Source: Candidatus Lokiarchaeum ossiferum
Lineage (GTDB): Archaea > Asgardarchaeota > Lokiarchaeia > Sigyniarchaeales > Promethearchaeaceae
DNA: 32,000 nt
Assembly: GCA_025839675.1 (NCBI GenBank)
Contig: CP104013.1
Coordinates: 2,400,001 to 2,432,000, forward strand
Direction of reading: 5' to 3'
The notes beneath the pieces are model-generated. The model did no database searches and was not told the origin of the DNA. It worked only from the letters and a program-made list of their open reading frames with translations. Shown here piece by piece: positions 16,135 to 23,898 of the stretch (positions are counted from its first letter, which is position 1; every line of letters starts with the position of its first letter). The translations under genes were made by a program, and so were the position numbers.

Positions 16135-17367
16135 TTAAGCCTCCATTTTAAATTCTGTAATAATTCCTTTCTGATCTAAAGAATATTGGATCTTTCCATG
16201 CTGAAAAGTTCCCGCTTGGGGTTCAAACACTTGATATTTATATGAATCAAAGTCATCTTCTCCCTTTATTGGAGTTTTAAATCCTCCAAAGAAGATATTT
16301 GAAAGATTCATATTTCCAGCAATTGATCGAATGGAATCACAAACACTTGAATAAGCGCTTCCATCTTGAGATTCAATAGCTTTGATCAAATCTTGTTCCA
16401 AAGATCGAAGTTTAATTCTGACTTCAGTAGTTTTGGGTTGGATTTCCATTTCAATTCCCTTTTCTAATGCTTCAATTGAATCAAGTGTAAGTGAAATTGC
16501 AGATTTTCCTCCACAACATCCCATAATTAAAGGTAATTCTTCAATTGGTCTTCCAAGATATATGTCCGTATTTAAATTACCCGAAGACTTTAAACGTCCA
16601 ATCGGCATTTGAGAATCGGCCAGTGTGAAACGGAAGTAATTTCCGGTGACATCAGGATTTGCTTCGGTGATATCATCATCAGCATCGGCTAACTTATCAG
16701 TTCCGCCTTTACCTGTTGCTTCGGTTGCAACTTCAATATTGCCCATCAGAGTTGCAAATAATGCCATCTGTCGCCAACCAGATCTTTCAACGGATGGCTT
16801 ACAGGCACGACAAGGGGCACCAAAATCAATACATCGTTCTTTACATTCCTTTGCAACATATCCAGCACACATAAATCCTAAATCATTGAAACATTGTTCT
16901 TCACCGTCTCCGAATTCTATTTGGCGATGGACTTCTTCTAAATAATCACAAGTTGATTTACGATTACAGGTTTCACAGAGATTTTTTACTCGAGTGGATA
17001 ACTTATTTTCTATTGTTTCTTCCAATGTATCGATCTCGCCCAAACATCCTGCGACCTCAGTTATTGAAGAATGAAGTAGTTTGAGAGGCATTACTTTAAC
17101 CCCGCGCTGATAATTCAATCCAAAAATACCTCCTGTGGTTGTGCACGATCCAAAAGCAATTACCCTATCTGAATTTGCACTAATCTTTTCAATTATGTTT
17201 TTATCATCTTCGAGAAGATACCCTGTTATAATTGCAACATTGAATTTTTCTTCTTTCCAAGTAGCGGGTTCTGGTATGCGAACGATTTCATATTTGTTGA
17301 GAAGTAAAGTCTCATCGAAGCATTTTGAACATCCTCGAAATTGAAAGATACCGAGTTTAAGGCTCAT
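16135..17367 (-). CDS. [NiFe]-hydrogenase small-subunit-like (MvhG/FrhG, Oxidored_q6-like) FeS protein with an uncharacterised C-terminal domain of about 200 aa
   Basis: FRGCSKCF, FGSCTTTGGIFG and VAGCLG resemble the proximal-cluster ligands. CFNDLGFMCAGYVAKECKERCIDFGAPCRACKPS resembles the medial/distal cluster region of group-3 small subunits. I did not recognise any family in residues ~200-410. Confidence 0.6.
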   Translation of the reverse strand: MSLKLGIFQFRGCSKCFDETLLLNKYEIVRIPEPATWKEEKFNVAIITGYLLEDDKNIIEKISANSDRVIAFGSCTTTGGIFGLNYQRGVKVMPLKLLHSSITEVAGCLGEIDTLEETIENKLSTRVKNLCETCNRKSTCDYLEEVHRQIEFGDGEEQCFNDLGFMCAGYVAKECKERCIDFGAPCRACKPSVERSGWRQMALFATLMGNIEVATEATGKGGTDKLADADDDITEANPDVTGNYFRFTLADSQMPIGRLKSSGNLNTDIYLGRPIEELPLIMGCCGGKSAISLTLDSIEALEKGIEMEIQPKTTEVRIKLRSLEQDLIKAIESQDGSAYSSVCDSIRSIAGNMNLSNIFFGGFKTPIKGEDDFDSYKYQVFEPQAGTFQHGKIQYSLDQKGIITEFKMEA

Positions 17368-17777
17368 TAGAAAGTTCCTCCAATTTCTTCTGCTTTTCCT
17401 AAGCGTTCCATTATATCTTCAAAATCTCCAGTAGCCGTGTCTCCTTCTGCGGCTCGAGCGGTGTAATGATTAATCATTTGATCACTATATCCCATTTCTT
17501 TGAAGAATTTTTTCATCAGCTTGATACGATGCATGGAGAGAAAATTGCCATTAAAAAAATGACAAGCGCCAAAACAACAACCAATCACCCCAACAGCATC
17601 TGCCCCATTGTTTAAGGCATCCATGATTTGAATAGGCCCCACTTGTCCGCTACATTTCACTCGAACAATTCGAATTGCGGGATCATAGGCAAGACGAGCC
17701 ACACCAGCAGTATTCGCAGCACCTTGGCCACATTCATCACACATGAAACATACAACATTTTTATTCTTAGTATCCAT
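17367..17777 (-). CDS. mvhD: MvhD/FlpD-type methyl-viologen-reducing hydrogenase delta subunit homologue (Hdr adaptor)
   Basis: VVCFMCDECGQGAA...RIVRVKCSGQV...GADAVGVIGCCFGACHF is the FlpD/MvhD pattern. GGAGG lies 8 nt upstream of the ATG. The start is 1 nt after the hdrA stop. Confidence 0.85.
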   Translation of the reverse strand: MDTKNKNVVCFMCDECGQGAANTAGVARLAYDPAIRIVRVKCSGQVGPIQIMDALNNGADAVGVIGCCFGACHFFNGNFLSMHRIKLMKKFFKEMGYSDQMINHYTARAAEGDTATGDFEDIMERLGKAEEIGGTF

Positions 17778-17778
17778 T

Positions 17779-19779
17779 TTAATTTCCTCCAGTTAAAGCG
17801 ATGATTTCATCATATAATTCATCTTCACGAGAATTTTTTACTTGAATAGCTCCCGTTGGGCACACTGGCTGACACATTCCGCAACCTTTACAAGCCACAT
17901 CTTTGATAACAACCTTTCCATCTTCGCGAGCAATTGCAACAGGACTACACACAGTAATACAAAGTCCGCAATTGACACATTTTGAATAATCAATGGTTGG
18001 AATAATCATTTCTTTCTCAACATAACCGCGCACGAGTGGTTGAGCTGCCAATGCAGCAGCACTTCCTGCTTGAGCTACAGTGGTAGTAATATCTTTTGGT
18101 CCTTGGATAGCTCCAGCCACAAAAATACCATCCTTCGATGACATGGTTGGATTCATTTTAATGTGCTTTTCTTTGAAGAAACCTTCCTTCGTTCGTAGTA
18201 CATGCAATTTTGAACTCAATATTCCAACACCTTTTGGAGGCACCATAGCTGCAGATAACACAACCATATCAGTAGGTATCTGCATAGGAGTTCGAGAGAG
18301 AGTATCTTCCACGAAAACTGATAACTTACCCGTTTTTGGATCTTTTGCAATTTCAGAAGGTCTTCCACGGATAAATTTCACGCCCATTTTTTGAGAATCT
18401 TTATAAAATTCTTCATAATTTAATCCAGGAGTTCGCATGTCAATGTAACAGATAATCACATCCGTATCGGGGAGCATATCTTTAATGATTTGTGCATTTT
18501 TATTGGCAAACATACAACATACCCCAGTACAATATTCAAAACCGACTTGCTCATTTCGACTGCCAACACATTGAATCATAACTACACGTTTTGGAACCTT
18601 ACCATCTGAAGGACGGAGGATTTCACTTCCAGTTAAAGATACGGGATTCATCATCCGTTCCAATTGGAGTTGAGTGATAACATCATCATACCCTTCTTGC
18701 TTGTAATGATATGGTGCGATTTCGGAAGGATCATACTCATCATAACCAGTTGCTACAACGATTGAACCAACTTTCACCTTTGTGATCTTTTTCTTCATGG
18801 AGAAATCGACAGCACCAACTGGACATATATTCACACAAGTTTGGCATTGAATACAATTTTTTTCATCACGCACGTAAGTGGAAGGAATTGCTTGTGGATA
18901 GAGTTTATATATTGCATTTCTTACAGCCATACCAGCATCCCATTCTGCAGGAACTTCAACAGGACAATTAGCAGCACATTCCCCACAAGAAGTACAATTA
19001 TCATGCACATATCGTGGATTCGTTTTAATTTTGGCAGTAAAATTTCCTAAGGATCCTTCAACTTCACCAACTAAAACACTATTTGTGTAAAGAGTTACAA
19101 GGGGATGATTCGCAACACCATTAGTAAGGGGTGAAATACTACATTGAGGACATTCATTTGTTGGAAAAGTTTTATTCAATTGAGTCATATGACCCCCAAT
19201 ACTAGATTGCCGTTCTACTAAATGAACAGGAACACCCAACTCAGCCAAATCACTAGCTGCACGCAATCCTGCAATTCCCGCACCAAGTACTAAAGCAGCT
19301 TTTGTCGTAGGAATTTGTTTGGTTTCAATACCCTCCAATTTTCGTGATCGGTTGATACCAGCTTTCATTATCTTGATAGCTTTATCGGTTGCTTTCTTCT
19401 TTTCCTTTTTATGAACCCAGCTGCAAAATTCACGAACATTGACTTGAAAATGAACATGTTTATTCAATCCTTCTTCTTCAATAGCTTTTGCAAAAGTTCG
19501 CCCATGTTGCATTTTTGAACAAGATGCTACTACCGTCCTATCGCATCCCATCTCATTCACAGCGTCCTTCACCATTTGAACTCCAGCTTTGGAGCACATA
19601 AACATATAATCTTGAGCGACTACCACATTGGGTAAATCTTTAACTTCTTCAATTACTTTTTTCACATCTACTGTGCCAGCAATATTGTGGCCGCAATGGC
19701 AAATGAAGACTCCGATCTTTGGATCTTTTTTAGTATCCATGGTTTGGGCAATATTTGAAATAGTTGTATCATCACTCAC
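17779..19779 (-). CDS. hdrA: Heterodisulfide reductase subunit A, long methanogen-type (FAD plus multiple FeS domains)
   Basis: N-terminal IGVFICHCGHNIAG Cys domain, FAD fold ALVLGAGIAGLRAASDLAELG, inserted ferredoxin CTSCGECAANCP/CIQCQTCVNICP and C-terminal ferredoxin CVNCGLCITVCS/CKGCGMCQPVCP. The GTG start overlaps the hdrB stop (GTGAGTGA). An alternative start is ATG 19740. Confidence 0.92.
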   Translation of the reverse strand: MSDDTTISNIAQTMDTKKDPKIGVFICHCGHNIAGTVDVKKVIEEVKDLPNVVVAQDYMFMCSKAGVQMVKDAVNEMGCDRTVVASCSKMQHGRTFAKAIEEEGLNKHVHFQVNVREFCSWVHKKEKKKATDKAIKIMKAGINRSRKLEGIETKQIPTTKAALVLGAGIAGLRAASDLAELGVPVHLVERQSSIGGHMTQLNKTFPTNECPQCSISPLTNGVANHPLVTLYTNSVLVGEVEGSLGNFTAKIKTNPRYVHDNCTSCGECAANCPVEVPAEWDAGMAVRNAIYKLYPQAIPSTYVRDEKNCIQCQTCVNICPVGAVDFSMKKKITKVKVGSIVVATGYDEYDPSEIAPYHYKQEGYDDVITQLQLERMMNPVSLTGSEILRPSDGKVPKRVVMIQCVGSRNEQVGFEYCTGVCCMFANKNAQIIKDMLPDTDVIICYIDMRTPGLNYEEFYKDSQKMGVKFIRGRPSEIAKDPKTGKLSVFVEDTLSRTPMQIPTDMVVLSAAMVPPKGVGILSSKLHVLRTKEGFFKEKHIKMNPTMSSKDGIFVAGAIQGPKDITTTVAQAGSAAALAAQPLVRGYVEKEMIIPTIDYSKCVNCGLCITVCSPVAIAREDGKVVIKDVACKGCGMCQPVCPTGAIQVKNSREDELYDEIIALTGGN

Positions 19780-20680
19780 TGGATTCGACCTCCACTGAAT
19801 TTAATTTGTACTCTTTCCCCATTTGTTGATATTGTAATCCAACAAATTTTTCATCCATACCCATACAATAGGCGGTGATTTGGGAGAGATGTAATACAGG
19901 ATAATCATAGTTTGTCTCATGATTTTTATTTAAATAATCTTGTCCAGTTTCAAATTGAAGATGACAGAAGGGACAAATATCTAAGATAAAATCAGGTTTG
20001 ACTTCATCAATATTCTCCATTTTGGCACCAAAGACAGTCATACTAGTTTCAGCATAGGCGGCTTTAATACCTCCACCAGCACCACAACAGGTAAGTTTAT
20101 CCCTAAAATCTAAAGATTTTAAGCCGAGAGCTTCGATGAAATCTTCCAAAATAACAGGATTTTCAGGATCATCGATTTCTCGCACCTCTGGAGGTTTAAG
20201 AAAATGACACCCATAATGAATGGCAACATTTCCATGAATTTTCCGAACTAAATAATCCTCAATTTCATAAGGTCCAATTTCCACAGCTAAAAATTCAGCG
20301 ATATGGCGTACATTAATCGTGCCTTGGAATTCATAATCCCCGAGTAGCTTTAATTTTTCATTCACTTCTGCCCGTGCGGCTTCATCCTTTTTTAAATGTT
20401 TATTAATATCAATTAAAGTGCCAAAACATCCATTACAGACAGTAATTAGGTCTACTCCTTGTTTTTCTGCAATACAGATGTTGCGAGCTCCTGCCACCAT
20501 CCAATCAAATTTATTGAAAGAACGTAAAACGCCTGGTGCAGGACAACAAGCAGCACGTTCCATTTCAGCAATACGATATCCCATTTTTTCGAGTAAGAAT
20601 CTCGTAGCCTTTTCAATTTGAGGATAACGATGGGGTGCTAAACATCCTAAATATAGCGCAAATGCTTTTTGTTCTGCCAT
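19772..20680 (-). CDS. hdrB: Heterodisulfide reductase subunit B (two CCG domains)
   Basis: AACCPAPG...VCNGCFG and LTCCGAGGG...ICPFCHLQF correspond to the duplicated CCG motifs that bind the non-cubane FeS clusters. Confidence 0.92.
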   Translation of the reverse strand: MAEQKAFALYLGCLAPHRYPQIEKATRFLLEKMGYRIAEMERAACCPAPGVLRSFNKFDWMVAGARNICIAEKQGVDLITVCNGCFGTLIDINKHLKKDEAARAEVNEKLKLLGDYEFQGTINVRHIAEFLAVEIGPYEIEDYLVRKIHGNVAIHYGCHFLKPPEVREIDDPENPVILEDFIEALGLKSLDFRDKLTCCGAGGGIKAAYAETSMTVFGAKMENIDEVKPDFILDICPFCHLQFETGQDYLNKNHETNYDYPVLHLSQITAYCMGMDEKFVGLQYQQMGKEYKLNSVEVESSE

Positions 20681-20681
20681 T

Positions 20682-21248
20682 CTATTTTACCTCTGTTAAT
20701 TTCTTTGCTTTTTTTTCATCTACGGGAACTAAATTAAATAAATTATCCGCATATTTCTTGAGTTCACTGTCTTCTTCGTTTTTATATTTAAATAGGGTAG
20801 GAGGAAGTTCATCTAATCCTAACTCAATCCGTTGAGCACGTATTTGATCATTAATTGGGACTGCATGTCCGGTTCCTTTTAAATAACCTACCACGGCCCG
20901 ATGAACGGGATGCAAGTTTCCAGCTTTCGCTGCATAATTTCGTAATTCCATAATCACATCGGTGGGACGCACATCTCGAGGACATCGTATATAACACTGA
21001 TAACATGTGGTACATAACCAGATATCTGGATCTTCGAGGACTGTAAGATCACCAAAGGCGGCTTTTCTAACGATTTCTCGAGTTTTCATTGCGGTCCATC
21101 GTCCACTTTCGCAGCTAGACGAACAAGTCCCACATTGAATACATGAAAAGATATTTGCTTTTCGAGCAATATCCTCAAATCGTTTGGGATCAAATTCGTC
21201 ATAGTTGACCAATTTTGTTTTCTTTGCGAGTTCTTTACTGAATACCAT
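20682..21248 (-). CDS. hdrC: Heterodisulfide reductase subunit C (2x[4Fe-4S] ferredoxin-like)
   Basis: CIQCGTCSSSCESG and CTTCYQCYIRCPRDV. The track start is TTG 21269. ATG 21248 (MVFSKELAKK) sits about 26 nt downstream of a TATA-like box, consistent with a leaderless transcript. Confidence 0.9.
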   Translation of the reverse strand: MVFSKELAKKTKLVNYDEFDPKRFEDIARKANIFSCIQCGTCSSSCESGRWTAMKTREIVRKAAFGDLTVLEDPDIWLCTTCYQCYIRCPRDVRPTDVIMELRNYAAKAGNLHPVHRAVVGYLKGTGHAVPINDQIRAQRIELGLDELPPTLFKYKNEEDSELKKYADNLFNLVPVDEKKAKKLTEVK

Positions 21249-21269
21249 TAAAACACCATTATTTTTCAA

Positions 21270-21279
21270 TTTATTAAAG
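21270..21279 (-). promoter_or_regulatory. Candidate TATA box of the hdrCBA-mvhD operon
   Basis: The minus strand reads CTTTAATAAA, 22-31 nt upstream of ATG 21248. Confidence 0.4.
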
Positions 21280-21298
21280 GAATGTATTATTATTTTGT

Positions 21299-21320
21299 TT
21301 GATTTGTTGTTGATTTGTTG
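21299..21320 (+). repeat. Perfect tandem duplication of the 11-mer TTGATTTGTTG just upstream of the hdrC promoter
   Basis: TTGATTTGTTG occurs twice in tandem at 21299..21309 and 21310..21320. The second copy extends to TTGATTTGTTGAAA, an identical 14-mer to 10181..10194. Confidence 0.7.
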
Positions 21321-21331
21321 AAAGCAAAAAA

Positions 21332-21862
21332 CTAGTGAGGTGTCGGGATCGAAACCCGCATGTCTTCTTTAACTTTCTGGAGTACAACTTGGGTGGTTAT
21401 CTCTTCAATCCCCTCAATTTTCTTCACTTTTTCGAGCAGATCGATTTGATTTTCTTTCTCGACACACTTGGCCATGCAAAAAATCGGTTGGTTACCCGAC
21501 ACTTGATAAATCGCATTGATTGCATCGATTGTTTGCAATTGACAGAGTGTATCTTTAATGCTCACGGAAGAGTTCACTTTGATAAAAAGTAAGAGCATTT
21601 CCCGATATCCAATTTTGCAACAATCCAATACAGCAATATAATCTTTGATAACGCCTTGATTCGTTAGGCGTTCAATATGATTTTTTATAGCGGAAATACT
21701 CGATTTAATCCCATATTTTTGTTCCAAGTGTTTCTCGATTTTCCGAAGAGAAGCTTTTCCATCTTCTTGTAAATAGGATAAAATCTTTCGATCTAATTCA
21801 TCTAAATCAATTTTTTCATGGGAAATTGCTTTTCCCGATTGAGCCGAAGTCTTTGACATCAT
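21332..21862 (-). CDS. Lrp/AsnC-family transcriptional regulator
   Basis: LDELDRKILSYLQEDGKASLRKIEKHL... HTH followed by a RAM-like domain (LLLFIKVNSS...YQVSGNQPIFCMAKC). Confidence 0.8.
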   Translation of the reverse strand: MMSKTSAQSGKAISHEKIDLDELDRKILSYLQEDGKASLRKIEKHLEQKYGIKSSISAIKNHIERLTNQGVIKDYIAVLDCCKIGYREMLLLFIKVNSSVSIKDTLCQLQTIDAINAIYQVSGNQPIFCMAKCVEKENQIDLLEKVKKIEGIEEITTQVVLQKVKEDMRVSIPTPH

Positions 21863-21884
21863 AGCACCTTTTTATGCGGTTATT

Positions 21885-21925
21885 AAAAAAAGAAGTGAAA
21901 ATAGATCGCACGAGCCTATTTCACT
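21885..21925 (-). terminator. Intrinsic-terminator-like hairpin plus U-tract between the DsrE3-like gene and lrp
   Basis: The minus strand reads AGTGAAATAG-gctcgtgcgat-CTATTTTCACT (10 bp stem, one bulge), followed by TCTTTTTTT. Confidence 0.5.
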
Positions 21926-21942
21926 GATAACAAGATTTATTC

Positions 21943-22368
21943 TTACAAGCTGATGATACCATCTGCACCGTCGCACATTTCCATAAAGGCTGCGGCACCG
22001 ACTGCAGGTTCAACAAAATCGAAAAGTTGTTCTTTCTTGATTGGGGGTATCATAAGATCCATAGTCATTGAACATGGGTAGAGTTTAATTTTTCCATCTT
22101 CAACCCCGTCTTTGACCATGTCCCACATATCATCATATCCAAAAGATTTCAATTTCTTTTTGAACATAGCTGCCGCCATTGATTTCATTGGAAAGGGCAT
22201 TCCAGCTACTTTTGGATTGAAACTTTTCTTTAACAAATGAAGACCCCAAAAGGTAAAGAAAAAGTTCATTTCTGTTTCCATTGCTGCTCCTGTTGTACCG
22301 AGGATAACCATCATTCCGAATTTTTCAAAAGAATTTTCGGAGACAATAAAATTTAATTTTTTAGGCAT
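21943..22368 (-). CDS. DsrE-superfamily protein of the COG2210 / DsrE2-DsrE3-like type
   Basis: KLNFIVSENSFEKFGMMVILGTTGAAMETEMNFFFTFWGLHLLKK and KLYPCSMTMDLM match the FFTFWGL...C-x-M-S/T-MD pattern of this family, including the conserved Cys. Confidence 0.75.
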   Translation of the reverse strand: MPKKLNFIVSENSFEKFGMMVILGTTGAAMETEMNFFFTFWGLHLLKKSFNPKVAGMPFPMKSMAAAMFKKKLKSFGYDDMWDMVKDGVEDGKIKLYPCSMTMDLMIPPIKKEQLFDFVEPAVGAAAFMEMCDGADGIISL

Positions 22369-22459
22369 TTTTTTTACTCAACCACGTTTTTTTTTTTTTG
22401 GATTGGAATCGAGTCCTTTATCCGGTAATGCATTTTATTATATTTAAAAAAAATATTGA

Positions 22460-22804
22460 TTATAACCAAGAGATAACTCGTTCGGCTGCATCGATTTTAT
22501 CGATCAATTCGGAATAAGTAATACTTTGAATACTAGCAATAACATTTTCAGAAATACCACCACGAGCTTCAACATCTTCCAACAAGTAAAATATCGGAAT
22601 GTTTTGTTGAATTAAACTATGATAAGGAGCATTTTCTTTGGTCATTTCGGCCCCCGTTGGTTTCATTAATCCATTTACACCATCTTCCATCAGAATTACT
22701 GCACACTCTTCTAAACCAATAACAAATTCAGCAAGATTTAGAGTAGGGCCTGATTCGAAACCACTTTGTCCATATAATATTAGATTTTTAACCATTTTCG
22801 ACAC
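22460..22804 (-). CDS. dsrH: DsrH/TusB-like subunit
   Basis: About 110 aa, last in the E-F-H order. MEDGVNGL and FYLLEDVEARG resemble the DsrH signature (eDGV...L..D..ARG). The start is GTG 22804 or ATG 22795. Confidence 0.65.
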   Translation of the reverse strand: MSKMVKNLILYGQSGFESGPTLNLAEFVIGLEECAVILMEDGVNGLMKPTGAEMTKENAPYHSLIQQNIPIFYLLEDVEARGGISENVIASIQSITYSELIDKIDAAERVISWL

Positions 22805-22807
22805 ATC

Positions 22808-23179
22808 CTATATATGAAAAACCGAGGCAAATTCCATCATAATTTTTGAAATTTCGCTCCGGCTGATTACTTGAATTGGAATTTCTTCAAATTCAAATAA
22901 CTCTTCTTTATTCATTCCTCGACGATTCATGTCTTCTTGGGTTACAATGATAGGTAATTCACTCAAATCAGCCATTTCCAACCCTTCTTCCATCGAATCC
23001 ATACCAATTTTTTCAACCATAAGATTATTTTTGACAGTTAACACAGCATCTCCATAAAGAAGAACCTTGCAATCAATATCTTCTCCTAATCCTAGATATC
23101 CTGCACCTAATCGAATTGCTTCATAAGCAGAATTGCTTCCAAAAGGACTTTTATTACATAATATCAAAACTGAATCCAT
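22808..23179 (-). CDS. dsrF: DsrF/TusC-like subunit
   Basis: VLILCNKSPFGSNSAYEAIRLGAG...KVLLYGDAVL is typical of DsrE/F-fold proteins. It holds the middle position of the trio. A GAGGTG Shine-Dalgarno element is present upstream. Confidence 0.7.
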   Translation of the reverse strand: MDSVLILCNKSPFGSNSAYEAIRLGAGYLGLGEDIDCKVLLYGDAVLTVKNNLMVEKIGMDSMEEGLEMADLSELPIIVTQEDMNRRGMNKEELFEFEEIPIQVISRSEISKIMMEFASVFHI

Positions 23180-23191
23180 TCCATTGCACCT

Positions 23192-23548
23192 CTATGCATG
23201 AGCTCCGAATGTAATGAGCTTATCTGCTTCTTTAGTCATATTTGACAGTTCCCCCAATCCAGCAATTTCTGCACCATCGATGATATTATCTGGATATACA
23301 GCATAATTATCCGCCCATGTTTGACAAGCCCACATCGGAACATCTTTTAAGGCTTCCAATGCTAAAGGAATGTTGCGTGTCGTTTTTCCAAGGATAATAT
23401 TTTTTTGAATGTTCAAAACACCAGTGCCGAAAAAGAAAATTCCAACTACAGTATGACCTTTTGCTTTAGCAGTCTCGATTAGCTTCAGCAAAGTATAGAT
23501 TTGTTCATACTTTAGGAATTCAGTCATCACGGTAAATCCGATTTTCAT
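23192..23548 (-). CDS. dsrE: DsrE/TusD-like subunit
   Basis: Colinear with DsrE: KGHTVVGIFFFGTGV, WACQTWA (Cys at the position of the DsrE active-site Cys) and IAGLGELSNMTKEADKLITFG. Confidence 0.75.
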   Translation of the reverse strand: MKIGFTVMTEFLKYEQIYTLLKLIETAKAKGHTVVGIFFFGTGVLNIQKNIILGKTTRNIPLALEALKDVPMWACQTWADNYAVYPDNIIDGAEIAGLGELSNMTKEADKLITFGAHA

Positions 23549-23582
23549 TTTTTTTTCCCTTCGAGTAGAATAGTAAAAAAAA

Positions 23583-23810
23583 TTAGTCTTTCTTTATCAG
23601 AAAAGTAAATACACCGTTATCTTCTTTGATATCCCCAACTAAACTACAACCCGTCTTGTTCAATAATGGTGGGACATCAGCCTTGGCTCCGCCATCATCG
23701 GCGATTAACTCAAACGTTTGTCCGGGTTCCATTTTCTTGATTACTTTTTTCGCTTTCAAGATTGGCATTGGACATTTTAACCCTTTTGCATCTAATGTAA
23801 AATCTGCCAT
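23583..23810 (-). CDS. tusA: TusA/SirA-family sulfur-carrier protein (second copy)
   Basis: MADFTLDAKGLKCPMPILKAKKVIKKM has the CPxP motif. ATG 23810 is chosen because it parallels the start of the other TusA (MKFDAELDTCGLVCPVP). The track ORF extends to 23873 with a 21-aa extension that is not TusA-like. Confidence 0.85.
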   Translation of the reverse strand: MADFTLDAKGLKCPMPILKAKKVIKKMEPGQTFELIADDGGAKADVPPLLNKTGCSLVGDIKEDNGVFTFLIKKD

Positions 23811-23898
23811 ATTTTTCACTTTTTTTTTTTTACCGAAAGTTTGATTTGCCCATGCGAAAAAAGACAAAACCATTTTTCGATCAGATAATATGAAACAC

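Noticed and set aside
13974-20621. Plus-strand ORFs inside the hdr/frhB genes (13974..14234, 14241..14456, 15614..15847, 16382..16612, 16646..16945, 17135..17344, 18080..18394, 18841..19050, 20418..20621)
   Set aside because: These are antisense shadows of long, motif-rich minus-strand CDSs. None has recognisable domains.
21299-21320. Possible CRISPR or minisatellite nature of the TTGATTTGTTG tandem
   Set aside because: There are only two 11-nt units with no spacers, far too short for a CRISPR array. It is treated instead as a candidate regulatory repeat.
21344-21358. tRNA T-arm-like element CGGG-ATCGAAA-CCCG
   Set aside because: It lies inside the 3' end of the Lrp CDS. I could not build an acceptor stem, D-arm or anticodon arm around it on either strand. 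It is most likely coincidental.
23811-23873. 21-codon N-terminal extension of the second TusA (MVLSFFAWANQTFGKKKKVKN)
   Set aside because: TusA proteins, including the other copy in this window, begin a few residues before the L-D-x-x-G-L-x-CP motif. The extension is encoded by a poly-A/T tract and looks like 5' UTR. It cannot be excluded, because the TATA-like box would also be compatible with a short leader to 23873.
13400-23873. Search for a [NiFe]-hydrogenase large subunit (MvhA/FrhA) or a second HdrB/HdrC pair that would make this a standard Mvh-Hdr or sHdr locus
   Set aside because: No translation in any frame shows RxCGxCxxxH or DPCxxCxxH motifs or additional CCG-domain proteins. The locus therefore fits neither standard type. 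A large subunit encoded elsewhere in the genome cannot be excluded.
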